Shown piece by piece: positions 51,553 through 64,000 of a stretch of DNA of 64,000 bases. Source of the stretch: Rhizodiscina lignyota (taxonomy: Eukaryota); assembly GCA_010015805.1 (NCBI GenBank), contig ML978127.1, forward strand, positions 1,364,001-1,428,000. The letters run 5' to 3'. Both the position numbers and the translations under genes were made by a program. The stretch's first letter is position 1, and every line of letters begins with the position of its first letter. The notes under the pieces are model-generated. The model saw only the letters and a program-made list of their open reading frames with translations. It ran no database searches and was not told the origin of the DNA.

Positions 51553-52248
51553 GTTTGATGCTCATGTCTTGTTTCACGAAGAAGATGATGTTTATGAACA
51601 ATTAATTATTGGGGTCAACTGTACGTAGTCAGAGCAAGATAGGGCGGGAATATTACCCCGATATCAAAATAGGATCTGCGCCGCATAATGCTTGTAATAT
51701 TAATACCCTACTGCGCATCATGTCACTTCCGAGGCAAAACTGGATGACGCGAAGCCAGCCCTATGTACCTCTCCGTGCATTCTGTCCCGTCCAGCCTTGG
51801 AACTGGAGATTATCAGTGCCAAAGAGCGGGCGCGTCGGGAGGCGTATCTGAAACATTTATGTTGTGCCGCACTGGCCAATGACATGCGCGACATGGCGAC
51901 GTGAAACGGCCACAAGCGGCCGTCTGGGGCGCGTGCTCCGTGTCAGCTCAAGCGAAATGGCGCTAAGGGGGAGCTTGAGCCTTTTGCAGGTTAAGGTGGT
52001 GAAGCTTCCCCAGAGCTCGGAAGGCGCAGCAACACGAGAGCATATAAGCCCTCCCCACACCGGCATCTTCTTTTTCTCTCTCTCCGCTGCGCGCCGGTGA
52101 CTTGCTGCTCCCGCCTGAACACTTCATCTCTTCTGCGCCTTCCTCCACGCGTCCATCGCTGTCAACAAGGCTCGCACAGCACCACCATACTTTCCGACAC
52201 CACTTTAAAAACACCCGACAGCTTCATACTCTGAGCACACCCGCCAAG

Positions 52249-53026
52249 ATGCCTGGAGTTCGTAAGTTATCCTCTACTTCTTCCTTGGGGGAAAGATTGC
52301 CACGCGTTTTACTTTTCTCTCCACCAAAACAGTAGAGAAGCGCATAATTACTTTCGAGAGCCGGGCGTCCAACATGAAGAAACGCCTGGCTAACTTGCTC
52401 CCAGCTCCCGACGCCGTCGACAGGCTTAAGGGCGCCATCAAGGGCCTCTTCAAGAAGAACAGAAAGCCCGCCAAAGAGGAGGAGAAGCCTACGGGCACCG
52501 CTGCTGTTGGCAACAATAAGCCAACTGAGACTAAGCCTGCCGATCCGACCGCCGGCACTGCTCCCACGACTGAGGTTGCCAAGGCCGGCGAGACCGCACC
52601 TGCTGAGCCAAAGCCTGCAGAGGGTGCTACCAAAGAGGTCGAGCAGCGTGAGTTGCACTTCACACGCCCACTTACAATGAACAGCATGTTACGATGCTAA
52701 AGATGCTGGCAGCAGCCGCCGCGCCCCCCGCTTCGACCACGGACAGTGCTACGGCAACCACACCGGCCGCTGCCTCCTCTGGGGTGGAAGCGACGCCCGC
52801 TTCGGATACCCCTGCAGCTACCACAACAAACGCGATGCCGCCAGATACCGCGACCGCAACGCAGGAGACGAGTACCACTCCCGCCACGGCGGCTTCTTCT
52901 GAGCCCACCAAGCTGGTGCCGGAGGGCATGTCCGCGACGAGCGGACCACTCGATGACAACCCGGAGATACTGCCAGAGCCCACGGAAGGAGCGAAGGAGG
53001 AAGAGAAGCCTGCGGTGACGTCATAG
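52249..53026 (+). CDS. Small Ala/Thr/Pro/Glu-rich disordered protein
   Basis: Three exons joined by canonical introns (52262-52404 and about 52649-52712). Reads MPGVPPDAVDRLKGAIKGLFKK...GMSATSGPLDD. Confidence 0.7.
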
Positions 53027-54113
53027 GAGGAGGTTGTTTGGTCTTGATTCACGAATGCGGAGCGGACAGTTCATATACCCCTGGGTGTCGATTTTGTAGT
53101 CTCTTTCGAGGCAGTACTAATGAGAAAACATTCTCCCCTGACATGACTTCTACAGTCTTGCCCTATTGTTCCTTTCGTATAAGTGAATCCCGTGTACAGT
53201 GTGACCTCTTCTCTGTTAACATGCTGACTAACTCAATATGGAGTATATGAGTAAGAGATGTCCCCATCTACACCTCATTTCAATTACTAACACGAAGTCC
53301 AAAGCATAACACCACTTTTTGCCTCTCTGAGTTGGCGTCGAGTATGAGAGGATTCCATGAATAACATGATGTATGCTCTGTCAACAAACCGATCAACTTC
53401 GTACGGAGTAGACGGTTTAGATGTGCACTTCTATGGAAGCTTGCGCACTTTGTATTGAATACAGACACCAGCCTTAGCTGACCTCTCTCCCTCTAATCTT
53501 AACGAATAAAATCAAAGGATAGAAAACTAAATGTAACAAAATTAATAAAATGAAACTGGCCTTACCAAGTGCAGTACCTCAACCTGAAGAGCCCACGTAG
53601 TGTCATAGTGATCAGGTCTAGGCATGGCGTTCCCCAGTATTGCGAGGGTAAACGCCGGTTAGTAGAAAAACTTTCCGTGAGCATCAAGGCAAGGTGATAG
53701 AAGCCACTTTGTAGTTTCCTTGATACGTAATGGATTGATTTTGCGCAACCGGCGTAAACAGCAGACACGTAGAGTACTCCGTAAGCATGCCGCCTTCGAT
53801 TTACGACCAGACAACTCACAGACGTCAAGGAACATGATTAACACTCCAGACACGAGAAAACTGCCAATCCAGCCCCAATCTTGGCTATGTGGGAATATTT
53901 ATAGAACTTACGGAGTAAAGCTAATCTTCTATCGACCAAAGTCCCGAAGCCTGAGAAACTCAGAGTTGGAGCGGGTGAAAATCTCTCCTTCTCTTACTCA
54001 CTGGTACTGGAGACGACATATAATCTCATGGCCACGGCCAGGTATAATATGTACAGCACTAACTACTCCAGCCATGCACACAAAAGTCAATTGAGCTGAC
54101 CAGATACACAGAA

Positions 54114-55391
54114 ATGAAGGTGCTCATCGTAGGCGGTGGCCTGGGTGGCCTCTGCCTCGCGAATGGGCTGCACAAAGAAGGCGTTGAAGTGCGGGTTTTC
54201 GAACGGCACCCATCAGCAGAATCTGACAAGCAAGGCTATTTTATTCACTTGGAGGGCCAAGGTCGAGAAGCCTTGCAGCGCTGCCTGAATGAGCAAGGCT
54301 GGGAACGCTTTTTAGCTACGTCCACATCCGCTGGTTCCACATGGGCCTTTCGCGATCCACAGCTCCAGCTGATCGCTATGCGGGATGATGTCAAGATCAC
54401 TGGCAAGCCTGCCGAGGTCGTCGAACGCAGAGCGATAATACGCTGGGAGTTTCGTAGTGTTCTACTGAAAGCGCTTGGTTCTGAGGAATCCGAAATCGTG
54501 CAGTGGGACAAGACTTTTACCCACTATGAGGAGATTGAAGGTGGACGGGTCCTTGCATGCTTCGCGGACGGAACGACTGAAGAGGGAGACATACTTGTTG
54601 GCGCGGATGGGAGCAAATCAAAAGTCCGGGAACAGCGCCTTCCATATCTCCATCGCGAAGATCTTGGCATTGTCATCATCTGTGGACAATGTTCAATGAA
54701 CGAGACCAGCTCATGCGATTTACCGCTGTTCATGAAGGACTGCTCGCTCAACAACATCATCCCTTACGGCAAGGGTTGGTTGTTCGTGACTTCGTGGTGC
54801 ACACAAGGAAGTCTGAAGAATGAACATGCCGACAGCCACGACGACTATACCCTCTGGGCGTACTTTGTCCCTAAAGATGACACTCCACCCAACATGACCA
54901 AGCTCTCGGCTGCAGAGCTGCGCGACATAGTCCTTGGTGGAGTCCGTGGCTGGGCATCATCCATCAATGATATAGTCCAGAAAGCGAATCTTTCTACGAT
55001 TGTACCGGTCTATTTGCGATGTGCTCCTCACCTCGAGCACTGGGATTCGAGCAACATAACGCTGATTGGCGATGCGATACACAATATGACGCCAGCTGCT
55101 GGCGTTGGAGCAAATACGGCATTGCGTGATGCACAGATTCTGACAGACCTTCTTGTAGAATCTGCACGAGGCAAAACAAGCGTTGCGGAAGCCATCGGGA
55201 AGTATGAAGCTAAGATGAGGCCTTATGCGAACGCAGCTGTTGCACTGTCACGGCAAATCGCCGAAAGCGCCACTTCAAGCTCTTTATTCCAGCGCTTTAT
55301 GTTTCGGACGGTGCTGCGACTGGCTCAAGCCAGCCCATTTGTGATGAGGGCAACAATTGGACGAGGGGCGGTGGAGTCGTACATGAAATAG
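54114..55391 (+). CDS. FAD-dependent monooxygenase (aromatic-ring hydroxylase/UbiH-like fold), intronless
   Basis: Fingerprints VLIVGGGLGGL, DILVGADG and ITLIGDAIHNMTP..GVGANTALRDA. Confidence 0.92.
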   Translation: MKVLIVGGGLGGLCLANGLHKEGVEVRVFERHPSAESDKQGYFIHLEGQGREALQRCLNEQGWERFLATSTSAGSTWAFRDPQLQLIAMRDDVKITGKPAEVVERRAIIRWEFRSVLLKALGSEESEIVQWDKTFTHYEEIEGGRVLACFADGTTEEGDILVGADGSKSKVREQRLPYLHREDLGIVIICGQCSMNETSSCDLPLFMKDCSLNNIIPYGKGWLFVTSWCTQGSLKNEHADSHDDYTLWAYFVPKDDTPPNMTKLSAAELRDIVLGGVRGWASSINDIVQKANLSTIVPVYLRCAPHLEHWDSSNITLIGDAIHNMTPAAGVGANTALRDAQILTDLLVESARGKTSVAEAIGKYEAKMRPYANAAVALSRQIAESATSSSLFQRFMFRTVLRLAQASPFVMRATIGRGAVESYMK

Positions 55392-57376
55392 GAGGAAGCC
55401 TAGACTCAGGCTGCATTGCACCAAGTCATGTGTGACGCTAGAGGGAAATGTCAGCTTCAAACAAGGGATTTTCAGCTGGGAGGTTATGGCATTTGCAAAA
55501 GATCGGTTACTGGGTCGTGCATCGGGATTGACATGGCATGCAGGTGACAAAATAGTTGAGCCCGATTGAACTGAACGGCGGTAGTAAGAACAAGTTGTTC
55601 TAACGACTGCACCAAGCGTTGGGATAAAAAGGGCGCCAAATGGCTCCCAGACGACTCCGGCATTTGATCGGTGGTTGTGGATCCGATGTTGGAAACAACG
55701 TGTGGATCTTCAGAAGGAGGAAGTGGAAATCTATCAATCGAAAGGGAAAGGGAGAAGCCATCAGATATCAAAGCGAGCGAGGAAACAACGCGCTAATCCT
55801 GAAGAAGCGAGGAGTTAACCTGAATGGGCAATATGCCGTCCTGCACCGGCTCTACCTGTATATCACCAGTGGTTAATCAAGGGAATCGTGGTATAATTTA
55901 ACATAATACATAATTGGATCGAGAAACTCTTTGCAAATGCTTCAGAGGTGATCTCGACCTTACAATCAGATAACTCTCCACTAACTTATCTAATCTGATG
56001 GAACAGATCGGATGTGATCGGAAAAATCTCGCAATATGATTACACTCATTTCAAATAGGTAACATGTCGTTCACTGCGCCCTTTACCCCTTCTCCTAGCT
56101 GTCTTCTCCGGTGTTTGAGTCTATTTCAACCTACAAAGTCGATATATATCTCATTCTGAAAGAATTATCCTGTCATTGAGCCTTCCACCGTACGTTTTCG
56201 TAAGCCTAGAGTCTAGAGTCCCCATGGATTTCTGGGAATACCTCGAAAATGAACCACAGCCTCTCCGTCCAGAGCTACGACTGTCGGACCGTAACCAAGC
56301 TCCGTGCCAGAGCGATGCTCATATCCATTGCATATATCACTCCACTCCCGCTCCTCCGTACAGAATTACTTGGCGCCCATTACGATATCGCATTTGAAGG
56401 TACCGACCTCTCACAAATGCCACAATCAAGGTAACCCTGGTACACAATATCTTCATCCCACAGCTTCAATATTATTTCCAACTCGAACATATTCATTTAA
56501 CTATTCGTTTTCTCATGAGGAAGAGCTGGGGCAAAAGAGCACCAGCGGTACTCTTCTTAATGTCCACTAAAGATGGGACACGATGGGACGCCTTGGCACT
56601 CCTGATACCTCGCGTTGCCGGACTACACTTGCATTATCAACGTTAGAAACGGGAGAGACATGATTGTGGCTACGGTGTCTTCAAAGCGCATTGGCCTCGT
56701 ATTATCCCCCCTCACACACCTCTTTACTTCAAATCCACACACTGTTCGCGTGCGGCGAATCATACAGCTATTTTGGCCATACTTGGCATGCACTACACAT
56801 CCACCTTTTCCGACTTCACCTTTCGGAAAACGTTCCGCCTTCAGCAAATGCTGCATCCAAACCTCATCGGTGGTTTACCTATTTCCGTTTCGCAGCTATC
56901 TCACCCCATGACAGACCCGGATAGAGTGGTTGTATTGCAAGGTTCCCCGCGTACTTGGCATCCATATCGTCCACTCCGCAGCCCCCTTTCCTGCCTCCCC
57001 GCAAAACAAGCATGACGCACATGGTATGCAATTGGCAAGCGGCTCTCGGGGTCCAGTAAACGCTTGCAAAAGCATTTGAGATGTTTGGCACACGTCAAGA
57101 CCTGGCTCATTCAGCTTCCCGCGTTATCTATGGATCGCTTCAAGAGTTCGCGGCCGCTCACGACTTGGGGGAGAATCCTCCTCCGCATGGACGGGGAGAT
57201 GGCAGCCTCTCGTAGATCGAACGGGCAAGTCGGGAGCGCTATATAGAACGTTGGCGCCCATGGGCCCAGTTGCCGGTTCGACCCAGCTGTCGCCGCATCT
57301 TCTTAGCCTTGCGGTGCTTGTCAATCTTGTCAATTGCTTCGCTTGCTTCAATTGACGTCGCTGAAATACCGCCAAC

Positions 57377-59313
57377 ATGAGGAACCATATGGCGGCAGGA
57401 TGGTTCTACTCACCATCGCAGATTGTCAAGTATTTTGCTACCCGTCTATGGGTGTGTGATGTCGCCGGCGGAATTTCCGAGCTATGCTAACAGATGGACA
57501 GCCAAGTCTTCGTCCTCCCAAGGTTCTCACTATGCCCGTCTCAAACCGACTCTATACTTACAAATCCAGGGCGCCAAATTAATCAACCCGTACCAAGCGC
57601 TTGCGCAGCTGAACAGGCACCATTGGCTCATGTTCGGAGTTGGCTTCTTGGGATGGACTTGGGACGGTATGAATCGCCCCCTCAGTCCATTAGAGTGAGT
57701 TCTGCTGACCTCCACGATACAGCGTTCGACTTTTTCACGGTCTCTCTGTGCCTCACCGAGATCTCAAAAGATTTTGGAGTCAAGAATTCCGCTGTCTCAT
57801 GGGGCTTGACTTTGACGTTGATGCTGCGTTCAGTTGGCGCCCTGATATTCGGTGCAATGGCTGATAGATACGGACGCAAATGTAAGTTCTCTTGCGCCGA
57901 TAAGCCGGCCATTAGATCTTTAGACAATTGCTGACGCGCTGACTCCTGAAGGGCCGATGATCATCAACCTTGTTCTGTTCATCATCTTGGAATTGGGATC
58001 TGGATTTACCAATAATCTGAGCCAATTCTTAGGCGTACGCGCACTCTATGGAATCGCTATGGGAGGTGAGTACTCACTGTTCCTCCATAATACACCTGTG
58101 TCTAACGTGTGAAATCTGTAGGTATGTTTGGCCCAGCCGCTGCTACAGCTCTCGAAGATCTTCCATACGACGCTCGCGGCATCCTCTCAGGCCTATTTCA
58201 GCAGGGCTATGGAGTCGGTTATCTCCTTGCATCAGCTTTCTATAGGGCTCTTGTACCGACAACGTCGCATAGCTGGCGCAGCCTATTTTGGTTCGGCGCC
58301 GGCCCTCCTGTGCTCATTATTGCCTTTCGACTTTGTCTGGGAGAGACAAACTACTTCCAGATCTTGAAAGCGGAGCGTGAGATGGAACACAGAATCAAAA
58401 TGGAAAACCGCGCGCACGGAGAACATACTGAAGAGAAGCGCACCGAGTTGAAGGCATTCCTGCAGAACGCCTGGGTCTCTATCAAAGACAATTGGGTCCT
58501 ACTGATTTACATGTTTGTGGTCATGTCAGGCTTCAACTCTGTCTCGCACGGTTCACAAGACCTATACCCGACGTATATGAAGGACCAATTGGGATTCGAT
58601 GCATCGCAAGTTACCATTGTCAGCTGCGTTGGCCAGATTGGCGCTGTCATCGGTGGTATGACAGTTGGCTGGATTAGTTCGATGACAGGTCGACGACTAG
58701 CTATGGCAGTTTCATGCATCATCGGTGGCGCCCTTGTTCCCGCATACATTTTCACTAGGGACATGAGTGTCACCGCCGCGTGTTTCTTTGAGCAAGTTTT
58801 CGTTGGAGGAGTGTGGGGACCAATTCCGATACATCTGATGGAGCTCGCCCCACCAGGACTGCGAACGTTAGTGGTTGGGCTAACTTACCAGCTCGGTAAT
58901 CTTGCTTCAAGTGCTTCAGCAACTATCGAAAGCGTAATCGGCGAGAGATTCCCGCTTCCACCTGCTGCGGATGGTACCAGTCGTTACGACTACGGCCGTG
59001 TCATCGGCATTTTCTTGTAAGTACTTGAAAACTGTCGTATTTTCCAGTACGGAGTACTAACAGCTCCCGCAGAGGTGCTGTGTGGGCCTTTATCCTCTTC
59101 TTCGTGATCCTTGGGCCCGAAATGACGCAGGAAGAACGAGAGGAACGCGCACAAGAAGCCAAGGAATTCGAGGAGCTCAGGCTTTCCGGAGCCAGTCTGG
59201 CGGAGATGGGTGCTCAGCGTATTCGGACTAAGGAGTCAAAGGCAGAACATCTTGAGCAAGTGGACGAAGATCCAGAAGGCAAGGAGGAGAAGAAGGTAAC
59301 GGAAATGGTGTGA
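57377..59313 (+). CDS. JEN1: Carboxylate/H+ symporter (Jen1-like, SHS family of MFS)
   Basis: Motifs GWTWDAFDFF, LRSVGALIFG..ADRYGRK, ARGILSGLFQQGY, NSVSHGSQDLYPT and GLTYQLGN. Multi-exon. Confidence 0.9.
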
Positions 59314-60050
59314 GACTTGACAACACCACACCTCAACCGCTGTTGCCACCTTTGTCGCATCGGTGTGATTGCCTAATGGCTTGCATGATTACACGATAGC
59401 CGCTCTTTATCAAATATTGAATTTAATCGTTGCAGCTCGATAGGAATACCAATAGAATGAATCAATCCAGTACTACCGCCAAGTGCACCACTGAGTTCGT
59501 CATCTTCGACCTCCTCAAATCAGCCCTCGGATTTGGTGTGAGTAGATGTTTGTGCCCGCCGACAAAGAAAGATCAATGACGTTCTTGGTCCTTACAAGTG
59601 AAATAGAGCGCTGTGCGAGCTGGAGCCATATCCAGATGCACGTGCCGTATATCCCATTCGCAGTAAATGAAGCGGCGGTTCGTACTTGCCAGTCCGATCA
59701 GACGAATCTGACCTGGGCTGAGGATAGAATATCCATAGGAGGCGGAATATATATCCTACCATTCACAGCTTTATCATCAATGCAGCAAGCAACTAATGGT
59801 TGGAAAGACCATATGGCGGGTTCCGGTATTGCGAAGCAGACACAAGGTAGTAGAATGACTTTCTACAGCATCAAGATGAGGCGGTGAAGCCAGTCGTCAC
59901 GGAGACAAAGTTCCCGCTCACCACCATGGCTATGCGCTGAATTGGAACTTTTTTGAGCTTGCACGGAATCCTTGCAATTGGAGTACGGTACTGCACAAGC
60001 TGCACAACAAAACAACTTCTCAGTCATGTTGGAGGTTGTTGAAGAAAAAT

Positions 60051-60083
60051 AAGAAGAAGAAGAAGATAGATAGATAGATAGAT
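60051..60083. repeat. Compound microsatellite (AAG)5/(AGAT)5
   Basis: Read directly from the sequence, in the region between converging 3' ends. Confidence 0.85.
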
Positions 60084-60304
60084 CAGAGTATATTTATGCA
60101 CTGTTGCGTCAGAAATCCTCGCGGCCTACAAGAGAGTGAGAGGATGGATCATGGGTCAACGACCAAATCAGCGTTTCTAATGCTCCAGCTTCCATGACAT
60201 AACAAGGGCGCGTAAAACATAGGACTTTCACCGACACTAACTCTCATGGGATTTGGTATTTTGGGTTACTTTTGAGTCTTTATACACTCTCACTACTGTT
60301 CCTC

Positions 60305-62048
60305 TCATCGCTCCGCAACAACACTTCCCCTCCTCATCACAATAGCCGCAACATCTTCATCAACAATCGGCCCCTTGTACACCTTCCTTGCACGTACAAA
60401 GTACCATATCCCACTTAGAATCATCACACCGCCTGTCACTACAACCGAATAATTCATCGTACTCGCCGTTACAGGGGTCTGAGGTGGCCAGACCGACCAG
60501 AAAATGACGAAAATCATGTACACGCACGCATACGCGTTGTTGATGGTGCCCAAAATACCCGGAACACTCCAGGGGCCCCAGATCAGACGCGCTTGTGCGA
60601 CCTGGACTTCAGCGGGCGAGTGTGAGATTTTAGGCTCCATTTCGTTGCTGGGGAGGGCGTCGCTTGGGAGCTCGGTCTTTCCTTCGAGCGGGTCCACTTG
60701 CAGATCTGGATCCGGCTCTGTACCGTATGGCATGATGTGTCCCTTGATGCGGTGGTACAGCAATAAGGCGCATGGAAGGAAGTAGGACCCGTAGAACCCG
60801 GTGATTGTGAGTGAAATGACATCGTTGAATGCTGTGTATGATCCGATGTAGATGAGAGTGAGCAGAGCGGCGATGATGCACACAGCGAACACCGCTACGT
60901 ACGGCACACGTGTGCGAGTTGAAACATGGCTCATCCACCGGGAAGCTGGTGTGCCCCTGTCGCGCGCGAACGACCAAGTCATTCGGCTTGCAGTAGTCGT
61001 GATACCCAAAGCACAGGCCCACGTGAGTGCAAGGACAATGGAGCCAGCCGCAACGGCGCCCGAGACGGTCCCAAAGCTGTTGTAGAAGACCTGGATGAAC
61101 GGGAAACCGGTTGCCGTTTCGAGGACGGTGTCGATGTCGCCGAGGCAGAAGAGAACCGTGATCATCATGCCGAAGCCGATCAGTCCGTTCACGGTCATGG
61201 CAGTCACGATAGCACGTGGGATGTTGAGCGCTGCATTGTCGACTTCTTCCGCCATGTGGACAGATGCATCTGCGCCGACGAAGGTCGCCACATTCCCCAG
61301 AAAGCCTATGCAATAAGACAATCCCTGAGTTGACCAGCCGCCTTCGTTGAGTGAAGTCAGGAAGACCGTGTGAGCGCTGCCTATATCCGCAGTGGAAAGA
61401 AGAGCAGCCATAATGGCCACGTACGCGGTGAGATGGAGCGCCATCCAGAAGAGTTCAAACCGGGGGATAATACCAGGAATAAGGACGTTGATGGCGACAT
61501 TCACAGCAATCACAAGCCATGTCAGGAGCGTTCCTTGCCACATTTTCGAGTCGTAATCCGGATACCGGAGGATCAGAAGTCCCTGAATAATGGTTCCAGC
61601 GAAGAGCGATTCCGTGGCTACCGTAGCAATCCAGGCGAGGGAAGTGAGCCATCCAATGACATAGCTCGATGCCTTCTTGTAGCCCTGAGGTGCAAGCATA
61701 TATACCCTGCTCTATATCAGTAATTATCTTTGTTTCTGGCAAAACTTTTGGAATTTACCAATAATACTGCCCACTGGCAATAGGCGCAATACTCGCCAGC
61801 TCAGCAATACAGATATAAACGCTCAGCGTGCTCAGCCATGCGATAATGAATCCGTACACCAATCCCCCAGGGCCGCCATTGTCGAGCCCTTGCGAGAATA
61901 GAGCGAGGACCGTCTCCCACGTGATCAGCTCGCAAATGGCAAAGGCGAACAGCGACCAGAAGCCGAATCGACGCTTGAGGACCTGCTTCTTGCCGAGCTT
62001 AGCAAGCGTGTCGGTGTCGTTGGTGAGCTTGCTGAGGAGTTCCGGCAT
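60305..62048 (-). CDS. APC-superfamily amino acid/GABA/choline permease
   Basis: Motifs LGKKQVLKRRF, GGPGGLVYG, AELASIAPIASGQYYW (intron 61707-61758), HMAEEV, SRMTWSFARDRG and TMNYS. Confidence 0.92.
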
Positions 62049-62941
62049 CTTGAGTTCCTCTTGACGAGCTGGCCCAAGACGAAGCTCTGAGAAAAGCTTG
62101 AGAGAGCTTGGAGTAGCTTGGGAAAAGCCATTTCTGGGGTGCGTCAAGCTTTATCAAGCGTGTGTGCTTCCGCGCGAGACGGCCCTTCCCCAGCGCGGCG
62201 CATTCCCGAGAGTTCGCTCGGGTTGATAGGCCGGTCGAGTCGTTAGCGGTGCCGGCTTGCATCTGGCGCGGGTGAGCTTTTTCTTGGGCTTTCTTAGGCT
62301 CAAAAATCGCTTATCCCGAGGTCGTCAGCTGAGTCGCCAAGCGTCCCCAAATCTTCCCGGGCCTCGAAAGGCGGAGGGAGTTTCGATGGCATAATAGCTC
62401 ATGGCGCGGATGCGGGGGACTGTAGGATTGTGGAGATCTCCCGTGAGGCTGTTTTTGAGTTGCATGCAGGCACCTTTACCATGAGGTTGGAAACCTGGTG
62501 CATTAAAAGACTTGCTCAGAGCTCTTATGTACGGGCTGCAATTGACTCGGGAATAGGATGGAAATGAGGACCACCTACTTCCCAGCCACCTGACGTAACC
62601 AGGCAGTTTACGACTCTCCAAGTCTCACACGAGAGATAGGATTCGTTTCAAAGGTGCAAAGAGTCCCAAGGGCCCTTTCCTATCACTTCCGGAGACATGG
62701 TGCTGGGAAGCGTTCGCAGATAGACCTCGCGTGGGATCCACTCGCGCACTCTTTCCCTACACTGAGCCAATCTCCTCACCAGAAGGGCATTATCCGATCC
62801 AGCGCTGTTCGTATCGGTGCTCACCGACATGAAATTACTACATTCGGTATCTATATCCCCACAATCAACCATGGGCCCCGCAGAGCCCCACGCGCCTCAG
62901 GCGTCTAATCTGCTAGGTAATGCTGGCAATCTGGTATCTAT

Positions 62942-64000
62942 TCACGCGACAGCCCCTTGACGGGATGGTTCCAGATGCGCCGGACCGCTGCGGAGTTCTC
63001 CCTCCACCAGACCATACAGCGCATGCACGCCGGCGCCGTACATGCCTCTTCTGAGGACTTTGGCAGCGTCAGCAGCCGAATCATCGACATCGAGGCGTCT
63101 CTGCCCGATGTGCTTTCGAGTGGGTTCCGATCCAGAGAAGCTATCGACGCCAGGCCGGACGACTTCGATCCTTACTTTGGCCTCGCGCTCTTTATCCTCG
63201 CAGAAGACCCTGAGACCCACAACGCAGACTGCGTTCCATGGGTCGTTATGGTCGTCTTCGTCTGACTCGTCTTCGTGCTCACCTTGGCCGCCGTTGGGAC
63301 CAAGGCTGCCAAAGGCACCGAAAGCACCACTGCCAAAGCCAGACCTGCCTCTGCCACCTCCCAAATCATCTTCCATGTCGCTGTCCGAATCATCAGGCCC
63401 ATCAAGCTCACTATCCCAGCTTAAGTCATCGTCGCTGATGTCGCTGAGGCTCAAGCTCTTTCCTTTGGCATTCGCCTCAACAACGCTTGGGCGCTGAATC
63501 TTCACAGTCGGCAATGGACTCAGTGTCCCACGTCGGCTGGGAGGGTTGCCTCGGGAGAGTGTATCTTTCCTTGCTGCCGGCCGTCCTGGAGTAGTTGCGG
63601 CGCGCTGAGGAGCCATTGGTGGTGTGGCTGGTCGAGGCGACGAAGTAACTTCTCCGTTCGAGGTGATCGAGTGATGCAACTGACTCGGCCCAGGCGTAGC
63701 GGCTGGTGTGGGTAATCCGCTGATCACTGAAGGTTCCTCCCCATTAACCGCAATTCCCAGGCCACTCGGCTCATGCGTCTTATCAGCATCCGAGAACTTG
63801 AAGTTCTCTAAGCTCTTCTCAATCGATACAGAATCCGTAGCATTTTGACTCTGAGCAGCAGTAGCTGCCTCCGCCTCTCTTCTCTGTCTCTCCAACTCTC
63901 TCTCCTCCCGTTGCCTCATCTTCTCTTGCTTCCTCATCTCTATCTTAATGTTCTTCAACTTTAGCTTCTTATGCTGTCTCCTTCTCCCTTCGTGCATCTT
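62942..64000 (-). CDS. C-terminal part of a fungal calpain-like cysteine protease
   Basis: Charged/disordered linker followed by DPWNAVCVVGLRVF, a motif I recognise from the C-termini of fungal calpain-like proteins. The catalytic domain lies outside the window. Confidence 0.6.
   Translation of the reverse strand, partial: KMHEGRRRQHKKLKLKNIKIEMRKQEKMRQREERELERQRREAEAATAAQSQNATDSVSIEKSLENFKFSDADKTHEPSGLGIAVNGEEPSVISGLPTPAATPGPSQLHHSITSNGEVTSSPRPATPPMAPQRAATTPGRPAARKDTLSRGNPPSRRGTLSPLPTVKIQRPSVVEANAKGKSLSLSDISDDDLSWDSELDGPDDSDSDMEDDLGGGRGRSGFGSGAFGAFGSLGPNGGQGEHEDESDEDDHNDPWNAVCVVGLRVFCEDKEREAKVRIEVVRPGVDSFSGSEPTRKHIGQRRLDVDDSAADAAKVLRRGMYGAGVHALYGLVEGELRSGPAHLEPSRQGAVA

Noticed and set aside
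8737..55410. Stop-codon readthrough to cryptic PTS1 signals
   Set aside because: The stops checked (FMN1, SDR, MSC7, NMNAT, FAD monooxygenase) lack the TGA-CTA context, and no SKL-like extension was evident.
12885..62048. Secondary-metabolite cluster (transporters, SDR, monooxygenase)
   Set aside because: No backbone enzyme, and the genes are dispersed among housekeeping genes.
1..64000. CRISPR arrays, rRNA genes, intact transposons
   Set aside because: No repeat-spacer arrays, rRNA sequence, transposase/RT motifs or LTR pairs were seen.

Overview
Gene-dense, intron-containing genomic DNA from a filamentous ascomycete. Pezizomycotina-type GT..CTRAC..YAG introns support this; Dothideomycetes is plausible but unproven. 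About 22 coding genes could be modelled by hand: RSC9 (partial), importin beta-4/KAP123, riboflavin kinase FMN1, ERT1/AcuK, a DHA1 MFS transporter, an SDR, a mitochondrial 2-oxoglutarate/malate-type carrier, an OPT, the MSC7 ALDH, a TRI12-like MFS, a GT34, a CUE2-like Smr nuclease, the UFD4 HECT ligase, NMNAT, an AT-hook protein, PTPA/RRD1, a disordered protein, an intronless FAD monooxygenase, JEN1, an APC permease, a calpain-like protein (partial) and one doubtful ORF. Several intergenic gaps hold decayed gene relics. The main unannotated signals are: (1) an AUG-free in-frame extension of NMNAT starting at a CUG in good context, which reads as a mitochondrial presequence; (2) a box C/D snoRNA with a 25S Am2946/snR71-type guide inside a KAP123 intron; (3) an intergenic double hairpin with a Pol III B-box-like motif; (4) a long structured first intron in FMN1; (5) microexons and a GC-AG intron. 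No database searches were run, so family calls rest on recognised motifs.
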